Source of the DNA: Ministeria vibrans ATCC 50519
Lineage: Eukaryota; Protista; Filasterea
DNA: 39,168 nucleotides
Direction: 5' to 3'
Assembly (NCBI GenBank): GCA_943704425.1
Contig: CALSCP010001992.1
Span: 1 to 39,168, forward strand
Program-made: the position numbers and the translations under genes
In this document: one piece after another, positions 23,945-36,886 of the stretch
How positions within the stretch are numbered: the first letter of the stretch is position 1
Layout: each line of letters starts with the position of its first letter
Notes under the pieces: model-generated
The model's input: only the letters and a program-made list of their open reading frames with translations
Told to the model about the DNA's origin: nothing
Databases searched by the model: none

Positions 23945-24155
23945 ATGAGTGGTGCTGGTTCTTCAGCAAAGGCCACCCTGTCACCAGAGGAGCTGGAAGC
24001 GAAAGGTTCAAATATTCTCGTTTTGTTCTTGTTGCGCCGCTGTGGCCTCCTGCCTCCTGTGCGATTGGCGTAGATCACACCATGCACTGATCCGCGCGAC
24101 AACTGTGTAGCGCCCCTTCCCTCTCTCTTTCTTTCCTTCGTTCTTTCGTCTCCTT

Positions 24156-24192
<37 letters not shown>

Positions 24193-27100
24193 CTCGCTTC
24201 GCGTTCAACGACAACAGATAAACAATGTTGGTGGGGGTAAGTCACACACACACACAACCAGAGAACGACACATCCTTTCCCAACAACCCCCCGACTTGGC
24301 GTTGCGTCACATTCGCTTGGATGTCAAAAACACACACAAAAAAAAAAGAAAAAAAAAAGCGTTCCCACAAAACCACAATAGTGCTGTTTCGTCTGCTTGC
24401 GCCTCTTTGCCCGTGCGCACGATGCACGCACCGCGCGTGCCTTCATCGGCTGCGGCCCCACCCGTCCGTTGCGCGGCCCCTGTCAGTGCCATGGCCCTCC
24501 AGTCACCCATCGTCGCAACCCCCAGTCGCTTCGTCGTGGCCCCAGCCTCCTCTGCTTTTTGTCACTCCTTGATAATTCCTCTTTTGATGCTCACGCTCCA
24601 TACTTCTCGACACATTGTCCCTCCGCCAGAGTCTGAGACTCAATTTGCGCGAAATTGGCTGTGTATTTTCCTTTTTTTTGTTTCTTTCTTTTTTTCTCAT
24701 TTCCGTCTTGTCTCTTAAAATAAAACAGTTGGTGCGGCCGAAAGTGTGGCGGTAGACCCGGCTGTCCTTCAGGCTACACGTCGAGCACAGGACCGGGTGG
24801 CTGCAGCGGTGGCTGTGCGTCGGTGCGCTGTCTTGACAACGTTGCTTACTGCGGTGGCTGCACCGGCTACACCGGTACGTCGAGTCGATGCTGCAACATC
24901 AAGACGTGCAGTCCCGGCTCAGTCAGCAACGGTCAGAAGACTGCGCCTACCAGCAACGCTATCGACTATGCACAATACTACTCATACCGTTGCAACACTG
25001 GCTACGCAACCTCGTCGGCCGGTACCTCTCATGGCGGGAGCAAAACCTTTTCGCGCCAGTGTCTGTGTAACTCGGGTGAGTCGGGATCGTGCTACTTGTC
25101 CAACACAAACACAGGTTGCAACCGTGTAAGCTGTGGCAGCGCACAAGCGGCTCCCATTCAGGGTACACGATCGCAGAGTGGCACTATTTATGCCGCGGGT
25201 TCCCCCACCTCCGTCACATTTACCTGCAACAGCGGCTACACTCACAACGGCAAGGGTACCTCGTACACGGGCCTTGCCTCGTTCACGCGTACTTGCTCTG
25301 AGTCCGGTGACTTTTCGGGTACCTACTCGTCGCAGTGTCACAAGATTCAGTGCCAGGCACCCCCAACCAAGTCAGGCTACGGCCAGTCGACCACCAGTCC
25401 CGTCGAGTACAACCAGTTTGTGACGTACACCTGCCCCACCGGTCAGACTACGACGGGTGCGGGAACGTCGGTCGGTGGCGTGCGCACGTTCACGTCCACC
25501 TGTCGCTCCACCGGAAACTACGACGCGCTCGTGACCTGCCAGCCGGCGAGTTGTGGCACTCCTCCATCGCTCACTCAAGCGTCACCCTCGAGCACCGCCG
25601 TCCGCACGTCCGGTCAGTCGGTCACGTACACCTGCTCCACTGGCTACTCAACTACGTCGCAAGGCACCCAGTCGGGCGGCCTCACCAGCTTCACGCGCAC
25701 CTGTCAGACGACTGGTCTCTACACGGGCACCTACTCTCGCTGCGAACTCATCTCGTGCGGCACCCCGCCCGGTGCGCCCCCGAACGCCGCGCGTCCCGGC
25801 TCGGTCGTCACCTACCTTGCCAAGGTCTCCTACTCGTGTAACACTGGCTACACCCTCAATGGTGCGGGTACGGCCAAGGGCGGCGGCAAGACCTGGTCAT
25901 TGCAGTGCCAGGCGACTGGCGCCTTCACCGGCTCCACCTCGCAGACGTGCACGCGCGTCACCTGTACCGAGGCGCCCAGCGTTTCGTTTGGATCCCGCTC
26001 CGCCTCGTCCGCCACCTATGGCAACGTCGTTTCGTACTCGTGCCTCTCCGGCTACACCATCAACGGCGACGTGAACGGCGCGCAGACGTTCACACGCAGT
26101 TGCCAAGAGTCCGGATCCTGGGGCAACCCTTCCATTGGCAATGGTGTGTGCGAACCCATTCGCTGCGGCGCGCCCCCTGCCGTCACGAGTGCCACCGCTT
26201 CGTCCTTTAACGTCCTCACCTACACCCAGACTGTCTCGTACACATGCGTCTCCGGCTACTCCTTTGACCGTCAGCCCGGCACCACCTCCAACACGGTGTA
26301 CACGCAAACGTGCCTTGCTAACGGCCAGCTTTCCACTGACCAGGTGCGCACCTGCCTCAAAGTGTCCTGTGGTTCGCCGCCCGTCAGCTCAGAGGCCACG
26401 CGACCCACCACCGAGCGATTTTTTGAAGACATCGTCTCGTACACATGTAACACGGGATACACCGTCGATGGCAACGGCCTTGCTGCCACCTCTTTTACCC
26501 GAACGTGCCAGGCCGACGGCTCTTTCGCCGCGCCCGCCCCGAGCTCCTGTCAGATTGTCACCTGTGGGCCCGTGCCCACCTTCTCCAACACCCTGGCCCC
26601 ACCGACTGAGTCGTTCACCTACAACAGCGACGTGCTCATCTCGTGCAAGTCAGGCTACACAGTGAACGGCCAGGGTACCGGCGAATCGTCTTTCTCCATC
26701 ACTTGCCTTGCCAACGGCGTCTACTCGACGGGCCAGCAGTGCCAGATTGTCACCTGTGGCGTGCCGCCTTCCGTACCCAACTCGCAACGCCCCACATCAA
26801 GCGTCTCCTACAACGCGGCCGTCATCTACACCTGCAACTCAGGCTACTCCACGACGGGTCAGCCGTCCGCAACACCATCCATGTTTGCCGTTGTTTGCGG
26901 TGCCAATGGTCAATTTACGCCCACGCAAACGTGTTCCAAGGTGACGTGCGGCGTGCCGCCGAACAGCCCGAACGCCGACAAATCGACGACGTCTTCCCTG
27001 CTCTTTGGCGACTCCGTGCAGTACGCTTGCAAGCTCGGTTACTCGGTCGACGGTCAGGCATCCAGCAGCAAGGACTTTACGAGCACGTGTCAGGCGGACG

Positions 27101-30100
27101 GCACGTTCACCAGTGGCGGCCAGTGTGTCGCCGTGAACTGCGGTGTGCCTCCCGCGGTGGGTCAGGCCACGCGCCCCACAGCTGCCGTTGCGTACCCGAA
27201 CCAGGTCGTGTATACCTGTGCTACAGGCTACACTACTACTGGTATTGCAGGCGTTGGCGGCACATTTACGCGCCTCTGCGAATTTAATGGCCTGTACTCC
27301 GCCGCGAGTACATGTCAGCCCGTCAGCTGTGGCAACCCGCCCTCCATTGCGAATGGCGTGCGCTCATCGAGCGCCCTTGTCTTCGGCCAGTTTGTGTCGG
27401 TCACGTGTAGTTCAGGCTACACAACAACAGGTGTCGCAGGCGGCATTTCCAGCTTCGACATGGTCTGTGGCGCTGACGGTCAGTTCACGGGCGAGCTCAC
27501 GTGTGACCCGGTCTCGTGTGGCGCGCCCACCACGGTGCCCTTTACCACGACCCCTTCGAATGCTATTGTTATCTTCCCTCAGTCGGTGACCTACACATGC
27601 GCCACTGGCTACACTCGCAACGCTCAGGTGGGCGGACCGGTCACGTTTACGCGCAGCTGCCAAGTCGACGGTACCTTTTCGGCCGCCGAGACGTGCCTCC
27701 CCGTCTCCTGCGGCTTCCCTCCTTCCGTGGCGCTTTCGAGTCGACCGAGTACGCCCAAGAGTTACTCGCAGACCACTGTGTTCACCTGCAACCTCGGCTA
27801 CACCATCAACGGAGCGTCGACCGGCGCGAACCAGTTCACCATCACCTGTCAAGCGGACGCGACCTTCTCTCCGACGCAATCGTGCTTGCCTATCAACTGT
27901 GGCGTGCCACCGCAAGTGGTTGCCTCAAGCCGGCCGAGTGTGGCCATCATTTTCCCCAACACGGTCACCTACTCCTGCTCGACGGGTCACACGACTGACG
28001 GCGAAGTGGGCGGTCCCGTCTCGTTTTCGCGATCGTGCCAGAACGACGGTACCTTCAGCGACGGCGAGCAGTGTCTTGTCACCTCGTGCGGTCCCAACCC
28101 TAGCATTGGAGACTCGACCTCGGTGTGTACTGGCACCAACTACCTGGCACACTGCAACTACACGTGCGACTTTGGCTTTTCCTTCTTCAACAACCCAACG
28201 ACGCGCACCTGCCGCGACAATGGTGAGTGGGACAACTCTAACATTGCGTGCGATCGTGTCTCCTGCGGCGATCCCTCTACCGTTGACTTTGCCGCTCGTC
28301 ATTGTACTAGCGAGCATTTCCTCCACAACGAACTGTGCAACTACACCTGCCAGTCGGGCTATGTTTCCAGCGAAATCACGATTCCGAAGAAGGCGCGTGT
28401 GTGCAACGGCGGAACGTGGAGTTGGCTCACGACGGCACTCGTGTGCGAACCACAGGCGTGCGTGGCGCTGCCCACGGTGGCACATGCCACGCCTGACGTG
28501 AGCTCGGCCGTCTTTGGCGATGTGGTCACGTACACATGCGAATCGGGATACACCATCACTGGTCAGGGCTCGGGTGCAGCGACATTTTCTATATCATGTC
28601 TTGCGTCGACTGCGTACACCTCAGTCGAGCAGTGTTTGCCTGTTGAGTGTGGCGTCGCTCCTGCCGAGCCACTCAGCACGCGTCAGACAGTCACACCTGT
28701 CGTCTACCCAAACGCAGTCACTTACGAGTGTTCGACGGGCCACACGGTGACCGGCACGAACAGTGGCAGCAATACGTGGGATCTGCCTTGCCAGGCGGAC
28801 GGTACATTCCCCGCGGCGCTCGAAACGTGTCAGCCGGTTGACTGTGGCGCACCGGGTGCATTGGCACACTCGACGCGTCCTACCACGGCCGTTGTCTACC
28901 CCCTGTCGGTAACGTACTCGTGCGACACCGGCTACTCGCTTAGCGGTGTCTTTGGAGGCCTGACGTCGTTTTCGCGCCAGTGTCTCGCCGACGGTACCTA
29001 CCAGGTGCCCACGGCGACGTGCATGCCGGTGACGTGCGGTGCCGCCGAGACTGTCACGTCTGCGTCCATGAACAACACCGCCTCACTTGTTTTTGGCGAC
29101 GCCGTCCTCATCTCGTGCGACTCGGGCTACTCAACCAACGGTCAGGCATCGGGCGACAACACTTTTGTGCGTGAGTGCCAGGCCGACGGAACGCTGACGG
29201 CCAACGACGTGTGTGTCGCAGTCGCGTGCGGCGTGCCTATGGAGCAGCCGTTTTCGTCGCGCGCCGCCTCGGCCGTTGTGTACCCGGCCGTCGTGACGTA
29301 CTCGTGCAACACAGGCTATACGCTGTCGGGTGTGGTGGGCACGACAGATACGTTTACCACGACCTGCCAGGCAGATGGAACGTTTAGCGCAGTGTCAGTC
29401 GCCTGCGCGCCCGTTCAATGCGGCGCACCCTCATCCGTGTCGGATGCACAGCACTCGGCGTCTCCTGTCGTGTTCCCCAACAACGTTACCTACACCTGCG
29501 ACAACGGTTTCTCGACAACAGGCACCTATGGCGATCCCATTGAGTTTACCCGCACGTGTTTGAGCACAGGTGTCTTCACGCCCGCGAGCGTTTGCATTGA
29601 GGTGCAGTGCGGTGCACCGGCGAGTGTCACGCACGCTACCTGGCCCACCGACCCTGTGTCATTCCCGACCATCGTGTCGTACACATGCGACTCAGGCTAC
29701 ACGACGACGGGCCAGCCGCTCGCCTCGAGCAACGCATCCATTGCTGAGTTCAGCACGACCTGTACTGCGACGGGTGTGTTCACGCCGGCTGCCGAGTGCC
29801 TCAATGTCGCGTGTGGCTTTGCGCCTTCGCTTAACTTTGCAACGATCGACACGAGCGCCTCGTTGGTGTACCTTGACGTCGCGACATACACATGCGACAC
29901 TGGCTACTCCCTCGACGGTCAATTCGGTGGTGCAACCTCCTTCACGCGTAGCTGTCAGTCGGACGGTACATTCACGGCGACGCAAACGTGCATGCCAGTG
30001 ACGTGTGGTGCGCCGCCCACCGTTGGCAACGCAGCCTGGCCCACGGCCCCGCGTGTCTTCATGGAGACAGCCAAGTACGACTGTGCTGCGGGCTACTCGG

Positions 30101-33100
30101 TCAACGGTACTTACGGCGCCGCCATTGACTTTACCATTACGTGCGAGAGCAACGGCCAGTTTTCTGGTGTCGGTGTGTGCGATCCAGTTATGTGTGGCGC
30201 CCCACCAGACGTGCTCTTGTCGACGCGCCCCAGCTCGCCCCTGGTCTACCCCGAGACGGTCACCTACTCGTGTTTGCCGCATCACACGCTGGACGCCCAA
30301 TTTGGTGGCGTGGACGTTTTCAACCGAACCTGCCTCGAGACAGGAACGTACTCGCCCGAGGAGACGTGCTCACGCATCACATGCGGCACGGCTCCCGCCG
30401 AGATCTTTTCTTCCAACAACGCCTCGAGCACTCTCATTACCTTTGACGAGTCGGTACTGTACACATGCGACCAAGGCTACACCATCAATGGCATGGCGTC
30501 GGGCGACGGCGAGTACCTCGTCTTGTGTGACCGTGCGGGCGCCTTCTCTCTGGCGGAGACATGCGCACCCGTGTCGTGTGGCGTTCCCCCAGTCGAGGCA
30601 CACAGTAGCCGCAACGTCCAGTCGCTGGTCTATCTTGAGACGGTGGCGTACACCTGCGACCTGGGCTACACGCTGACGGGTCAGGCAGGAGGCACAGTCG
30701 AGTATGACCGCTCATGCCAATTTGACGGTACTTTCTCGGCAGCGCAAACGTGTATGCCGGTGACGTGTGGTGTGCCCGTGCCCTTGACAAACGCGATGCG
30801 TCCCACTCAATCGTTTGTGTTCCCGCAAGCACTAAACTACACTTGCAACGTTGGTTACACCATCAATGGCAATGCGACCTCGGGCGCCAATTACTTTTCG
30901 GTGGACTGTCAGTCGGATGGCACCTACACGCCGCTCGTCGATTGCCTTCCGGTCGAGTGTGGTGAACCCGCGGACGTTGACAATGCGGTGTATGCACCAA
31001 GTGGCGGTCGCTACTATCCCGAGACCGTTGTGTACACCTGCAGCGCAGGCTACGAATTGACGGGTGCCACTGGTGTAGGTCTGGCGCGCACTGCCACCTT
31101 CCCCAGCGCTTGCCTTGCGAATGGACAGTTTTCGCCGCCGAACAACTGCTCACGCATCAACTGTGGCGCGCCACGGCTCATTCCTGACGGTGACTATACC
31201 TGCCCGGCGGGCACCTTGTTCAACGACGAGTGTACCCCGTCGTGTGACAATGGCTACATGTTGTCTGGCGACTCGCAAGCGATCACATGCGCGAGCGACT
31301 ACCAGTGGCGCGATTTTGGCGTGTCGTGTGTCGACCGCGACGAATGTGCTCTCAACGAGGACACGTGCAGCTCGCAGGCGCGCTGTTCCAACACGGTTGG
31401 TGGCTACTCCTGCTTCTGCAAGCAAGGCTTCAAGGCGACCCCGTCGGGTCAGGGTCACGGTGCTGACGGTTGTGAGGACATTGACGAGTGTGCGTTGCCA
31501 ACCAGAGGAGGCTGCGAACAATTGTGTCTCAATGCGGTGGGCTCGTACCAATGCGGCTGCGATGCAGAGTACCGTCTGGCCTTTGACGATCGCTCGTGTG
31601 TGCCCATCAACTCGACGTCGCCCCTCAACAACACCAACAGTTACGGTCCGGAGGCGTCCCCTGTGGCCGTTGAGATTCTTTCCATGTCGCCGTTTACCGG
31701 CTCGCGCAACGTCGAGACGACAGTCACCATAACGGGCAACAATTTTGACGGACCTACCGGCACCTGGCAATGTTCCATCCATTGGGCCGAGTACTACCTG
31801 CAAACAGGTATGACGGTGGATGACGCGTGGACCACGGCGCCCGCGACCGTCCAAGGTAACACTGTGACGTGCATTATGCCGCCCGTGTACACAAGTCGTG
31901 CCGTTGTCATTGGATTCCTTCTGGACGGCAAACTCGTGCGTCAGACCGGCGAGGACACCACCTTCATCTACTTGGGCACGCAGCCTCAGATTATGTCGGT
32001 GGTGTGGACACCCGATTATGTTTCGCTGCAGGTGTTCTTCACGGTGCCCATTTCGGTGCACGTGGCGAACAGCAACTGCTCGCGCATCTTTGATGCACTC
32101 ACCATTTCGCAGAGTCTTGGTGCTGGCGCAGTCTGCTCCGTGCCCGCATCTCAAATGATGCTGGTCACACCTGGTGGCCCGTACCCATTCCCTGGTCAAG
32201 ACTTGAGCCTGCGCGTGCCCGGAGTCATCTTCAATGCAGAGCAGCAGTATGCGCTGGCAGCGGTGGGTACGGTTGATTTGTCGCCACCGGTTAACGCAAG
32301 CAAGCCTCAGCTGTCGCTGAAGGGCGCTTCAACCGTGACACCTTGTGTACCGCTGACTCTTGCGGTGTCGGTGCCATTTGGCTCGGGCGGTCGTCCGGTC
32401 ACGTACACATGGACGGTGACCTCGTCGGCGGGTGTTGATGTGACGGCGGTGCAGACGGCGCTCGACTCCGGTGTGAACCAAACTACGTTTATTGGCGGCG
32501 AGTCACTCGTGCTCGACCAATCGCTGCTCCTCTCTGGCCAGACATACCTTTTCAGTTTGACCGTCACCAACTTTCTGGGAGTGACGAGCGATCCGGCGAC
32601 CCTGTCGGTCACGAAGGTGGCCAGCACAACGACGCCCGTTGTGACACTGCCAGCCACGTCGATGAACGTGCCGGCCGGTCAGACGGTGCACATTGTGGCG
32701 ACGGTGGACACGAACGCGTGCGGTGCGACGACTACGTCGACGCTCCTCTTCCAGTGGTCGCTTACTCCCGTGCTTCCCACGACGCCCCCTGCCAACGTGG
32801 ACATGACACAGTTTACGGGCACCGAGGTGTTCTTGCCCGCTGGCGCTCTCACGCTTAATGCCGCCTACACACTGTCGGCTAAGGTGTCGTGGCGCAGCCA
32901 GCCTGCAGACACGTCAACGGCGACAATGATGCTTACCGAGGTGGAGTCGCCGCTGCACGTTAGCATTGCCGGCCCCGACTCGGTTCACGTCGAGTCGACG
33001 CTGACACTGAGCGCCTCGTGCGTCGACCCAAACAACCTGCCCGGTGGCTGTGCTTTTACATGGTCGTGTGGCGTCGCCGGTGGCACCCCGTGTCTTTTCT

Positions 33101-35583
33101 CGACCGGCGCGCTCTCGGCCGCGGTTGCGTCCGGCTCGTCTCTGACCTCGTCGTCGCTCGTCATTGCGGCAAACGAACTGTTGGTGAACCAGAACTACAC
33201 GTTTGTCGTGACGGCCACGAAGGACACGCGCAGTCAGAGCGCGGAGCATTTCACCGAGGCGCTTAATGAGGCGCTCAAGTCGCACGTGGTGGTGTCACTG
33301 GCGCCGGGTCAGACGCCGCGCATTAATGTCGGCACGCGCTGGGGCCTTTATGCGATTGCGACCAACATTGGCGACAACATGTTTGTTCAGTGGAGCACAC
33401 CGAGCATTGGCACACCGGCAACATCGGTGATGGACCTGAACACACAGGCGAATCTCTGCTCCATCCTCAACGACCCGACCGACTATGACATTTGCATCAA
33501 CCCTTTTGTGGCCATTGGTGGTCTGAGCTATGCTATGCGGCTGACCGCGGTCTCGGGCATTACGGGCGCGACGGCTTCCGCCACTCAAGTGGTAGAGATG
33601 AACGCCTCGCCGTCGTCCGGCTCGTTTGTCGCGACGCCCGCGACGGGCGGTCAATCCGCCTACTCGGTTGTGAACGGTGGCACAATCTACAGCTTTTCGA
33701 TGCCCGGTTGGACCGATGTGCAACAGGACACGCCGCTGAGCTACGAGTACGGCGTAGTTCGTGAAGATGGCAACTACATGCCGCTGTCGGTGGGCGCTGC
33801 GGCGCCACAGATGCAACTCCCCGCGCCGCTGGACGGCTCTTCTCAAGTGGTCGTGGTCGGCAAGGTGAGCGACAACAAGGGCGCGACAACGACGCGCACC
33901 CAGCAGGTGGCTGTGACGTTTACGCCTTACTTCGGCCGCGTGCCGGCGGACGATGCGCAAATGTTGACGCGCTCGACGACACTGCTGCGTGCTGCCGTGA
34001 CGCAGTACAAGAAGGTTCCCGACGTCGGCGAGTACCTGACGTCGATCTACCTGATTCTGACCGACTTCAATGCGAACACAGGACCGCAGTGCACCAACTC
34101 GACGATCGAGGAGAGCGTCGATCACTCGATGCTTTCGGCAGTGCTCTCGGTGTACAACCAACAGGCTCACACCGCCGCCAATCTGCAGCGCATCATGGGT
34201 ATTTTCTTGGCGGGCCTTTACAAGGGCGCCGACTGTCTGTCCGTATCGCTGCGCAAGCGATTTGTCTCGTCTGTTTCACAAGTGCTGAGCACGTTTGCCG
34301 CTTCCAACTCGGCGGTGCTTACGGACGCGGTGCTGCGTGAAGTGACGGCCGTGCTCAATGGAGTGTTGCCGACACCCTCTGCGTCGAGCAAGGTGTCGCC
34401 CGATGACGCGACCAAGGCACTCATTTCGCAGACACTGTCGGTGCTGTCGACGCTTGGTGCTCTCTCGGGTCCTAGTCTGGTACCGGGACAGTTCATGCTG
34501 CAGTTTCCACCCGAGTCTGGCTACGAGGGTGCCGTGAGCACACCGTCATTGGTGCCGTCGGCGGCTGTGCCGCAGCCCGGATCCACTTCGGGCCGACGAC
34601 GCACGACGGGCATGCTGCCCTACGCGGGTGTCAAGTTTGTCGGTACATGCACCAACAACGAGCCGTACTGTGCGTCAGGAGTGGTCCTGAGTGAGTCCAA
34701 CATTGCCTACTGGGCCGACGAGGTCAACTGCACGTCTGCTGCCAGTGCGGCCGACTGCTTCTTGACGGGTGTGTGGAACTCATGGGACACGGATCCATAT
34801 GATACGCCCCTTGACGCCCTTGGTGTCGCCGCCACCATTGTCACCAAGGTGGTTGACTTCCGTCTGTTTCATCACGACGGCTCGGAAATCCTGCTTGATC
34901 AATTCAACGGCCAGCACAACGAGACCATCGAGTCAAGTTTGACCTTTTACCTGCCGGTGCAACCAGGCATTCTTGATGCGGGTGCCATTCTCGGTTGCTA
35001 TCGCTGGAATGGCGACTCGTGGACAACGACGGGCACAGAACTTGCACAGACACTGACGGTGGGGCCCACCACCGCTGTGGGCTGCCGCGGCACCTCGACG
35101 GGCACCTATGTGGTGGGTCAGCTGTCGGGTGGTGCGCTTGGACAGAACTCGGGAACGTCGTCGTCGATGCTCGTTATCATTGTGGCCGTTGTTGTCGTAT
35201 GTCTCCTTCTGGTGCTTTTGCTCCTGCTACTCGTGGTCCGACGCCGCCGACAACAGAAAGTGGTGATGACGTCGGCGACACCCGGTCAGTCGTTTGACGT
35301 GGGCGGTGGTGGTGCGACTGCGAATAGTGCCGACAGCCTTGATAACTTGCCCGACTACCTGCAAAACTTTTTTATTACGCAAGGTGGCGGTGCGGCAGGT
35401 TCCGCATCTGGTGGCGCGAGCAAGGATGTGTACCACAAGCCGACACTTCGATTGGACAACTTTGGAGACGATGACGCGTCGCAGACGTACGAATCTGTGC
35501 CACGCCGTGCATCACAGAGCCAATCAAGAGTGTTCCAGAACCCGCTGTTTGGTGATATGGATATGTCCGAGTCGGCGATGTAG
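23945..35583 (+). CDS. Giant single-pass surface protein: ~30+ Sushi/CCP repeats, 2 Ca-binding EGF, IPT/TIG, REJ (polycystin-1-like) module, GPS-like motif, TM, cytoplasmic tail (~3,600 aa)
   Basis: Uninterrupted exon 24729-35583. Repeats of xCG.PP...YTC.TGY...FTRTC..DG.F...C; DRDEC and EDIDEC EGF domains (~31330-31605); SPFTGSRNVETTVTITGNNF (IPT); REJ-like SASCVDPNN..FTWSC, PSSGSFVATP and WTD...PLSYEY; CYRW..DSWTTTG...C GPS-like motif; TM 35167-35238 followed by RRRR. The upstream exons (23945-24005, 24218-24236) are tentative. Confidence 0.85.
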
Positions 35584-36886
35584 ACGAGCGGGTGAGAGAG
35601 ATAGATTGAGAGAGAGATAGAGAGTGAAACAGAAAGGTAGAGGGAGAATATTAAGTTGAGAGTTACAATGAAACAGTCATGAACCATAATCAAAAATGTA
35701 GTGTGTTGGACATAATTATTATGATAGTCAAGCGGTTAGAGTTTCATGTGAGTGACGTGAGAGCCAATGAGTCCACTCTCGTTTGTTTATTTTCTTTTGT
35801 ATCTTTGTCCTGCTCCTTAGCGCCTGTAAAACACGGAATGATTGGATTGGCGCCGACAACGATCTCAAAGCGATGACTATTTTAGTGCCAACGCCTCGCT
35901 TTTGCCGGTCGGACCGGAGCGCGACAGAGAAATATCCTACATTACCTTCGTTGAGAAAGGCCTCTCTACTTCTCTAGCTCGTGCGGAGCTCGTGCGTGGC
36001 CAACCCGGTGCGGGCTCTCCGTAGTCATTCGACATCTTGCTCATGATATCGCTCACAGAGAAACGGACTGCATGGCCATCGGGGAGTGGCTGCAACGCAC
36101 TCGGCAGCAAAATTCATAATAAATTTAATTCTTTTTTTCTTCTCGCGAGCCAGGGTTTTACTTGTACTAGAGCGAGAGCCGAGAAGGGTCGTCGCGTTCA
36201 CGATTTGAAATAAGCAGGAATAACGCCCGCGGCGGCACCCAGAAGCGACGTCGTTGTGCCGACGGCCCCAGTTGCTCCGATCGACTGGAATACGGCAATA
36301 GCACTGCTCGACCCAATTGTTCCGCCGTACGTCGCCATCCACGATGCCGCGACGGTGCCCTTCGCGACACCCGCCGCACCAAAACCAAGCGCACCAACGG
36401 CAGCGGGCAGGCCAAACGTAACTGTGGCAACGCCTACGGTCGCAACCTAGGGAAAACAACACGATAACTTCTCCCACTGTCGTTCGATACAGCAGTCACC
36501 GTTTCACGTACCAGCAGTTCTGTATACATTCCGATTTAAAGATAAGTGTAAAAAAATCTAAAAAGAAACTACGAGGAGTAAAGCAACTAAAGTTTAAACT
36601 TCCAATCAACTGCGAAAAGTGTATGATCGAACGGCTCAACCTCCTACTACGGAGTACTTCTAACAGCTAACTCCCAGACAGACGGGCGGAGCAACTCAAG
36701 GCGGGTGAGCTGGCCGAGTTCCGGTGGCATCTCGCTGAATTGGTTGGAGGAGAGGTCGAGACTCAAGGCTGGAGAGCTGGCCGAGTTCCCTTGCTTGGGC
36801 ACTGCGCTTGTATTCTATTTCTATTATATTTTTCTATTTCTCTCTTATTCCATTTGCTATCAATTTCCACCAGTTCCTAGTGCAAG

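Noticed and set aside
24900-34500. Many long antisense and alternate-frame ORFs (e.g. 31150-32199, 33295-34170)
   Set aside because: Expected shadows of GC-rich codon usage in the real gene; Arg/His-rich translations with no motifs.
36694-36789. CRISPR-like geometry (29-nt repeats, 38-nt spacer)
   Set aside because: Only two imperfect repeats, differences are synonymous-codon type, no cas genes, eukaryotic context.
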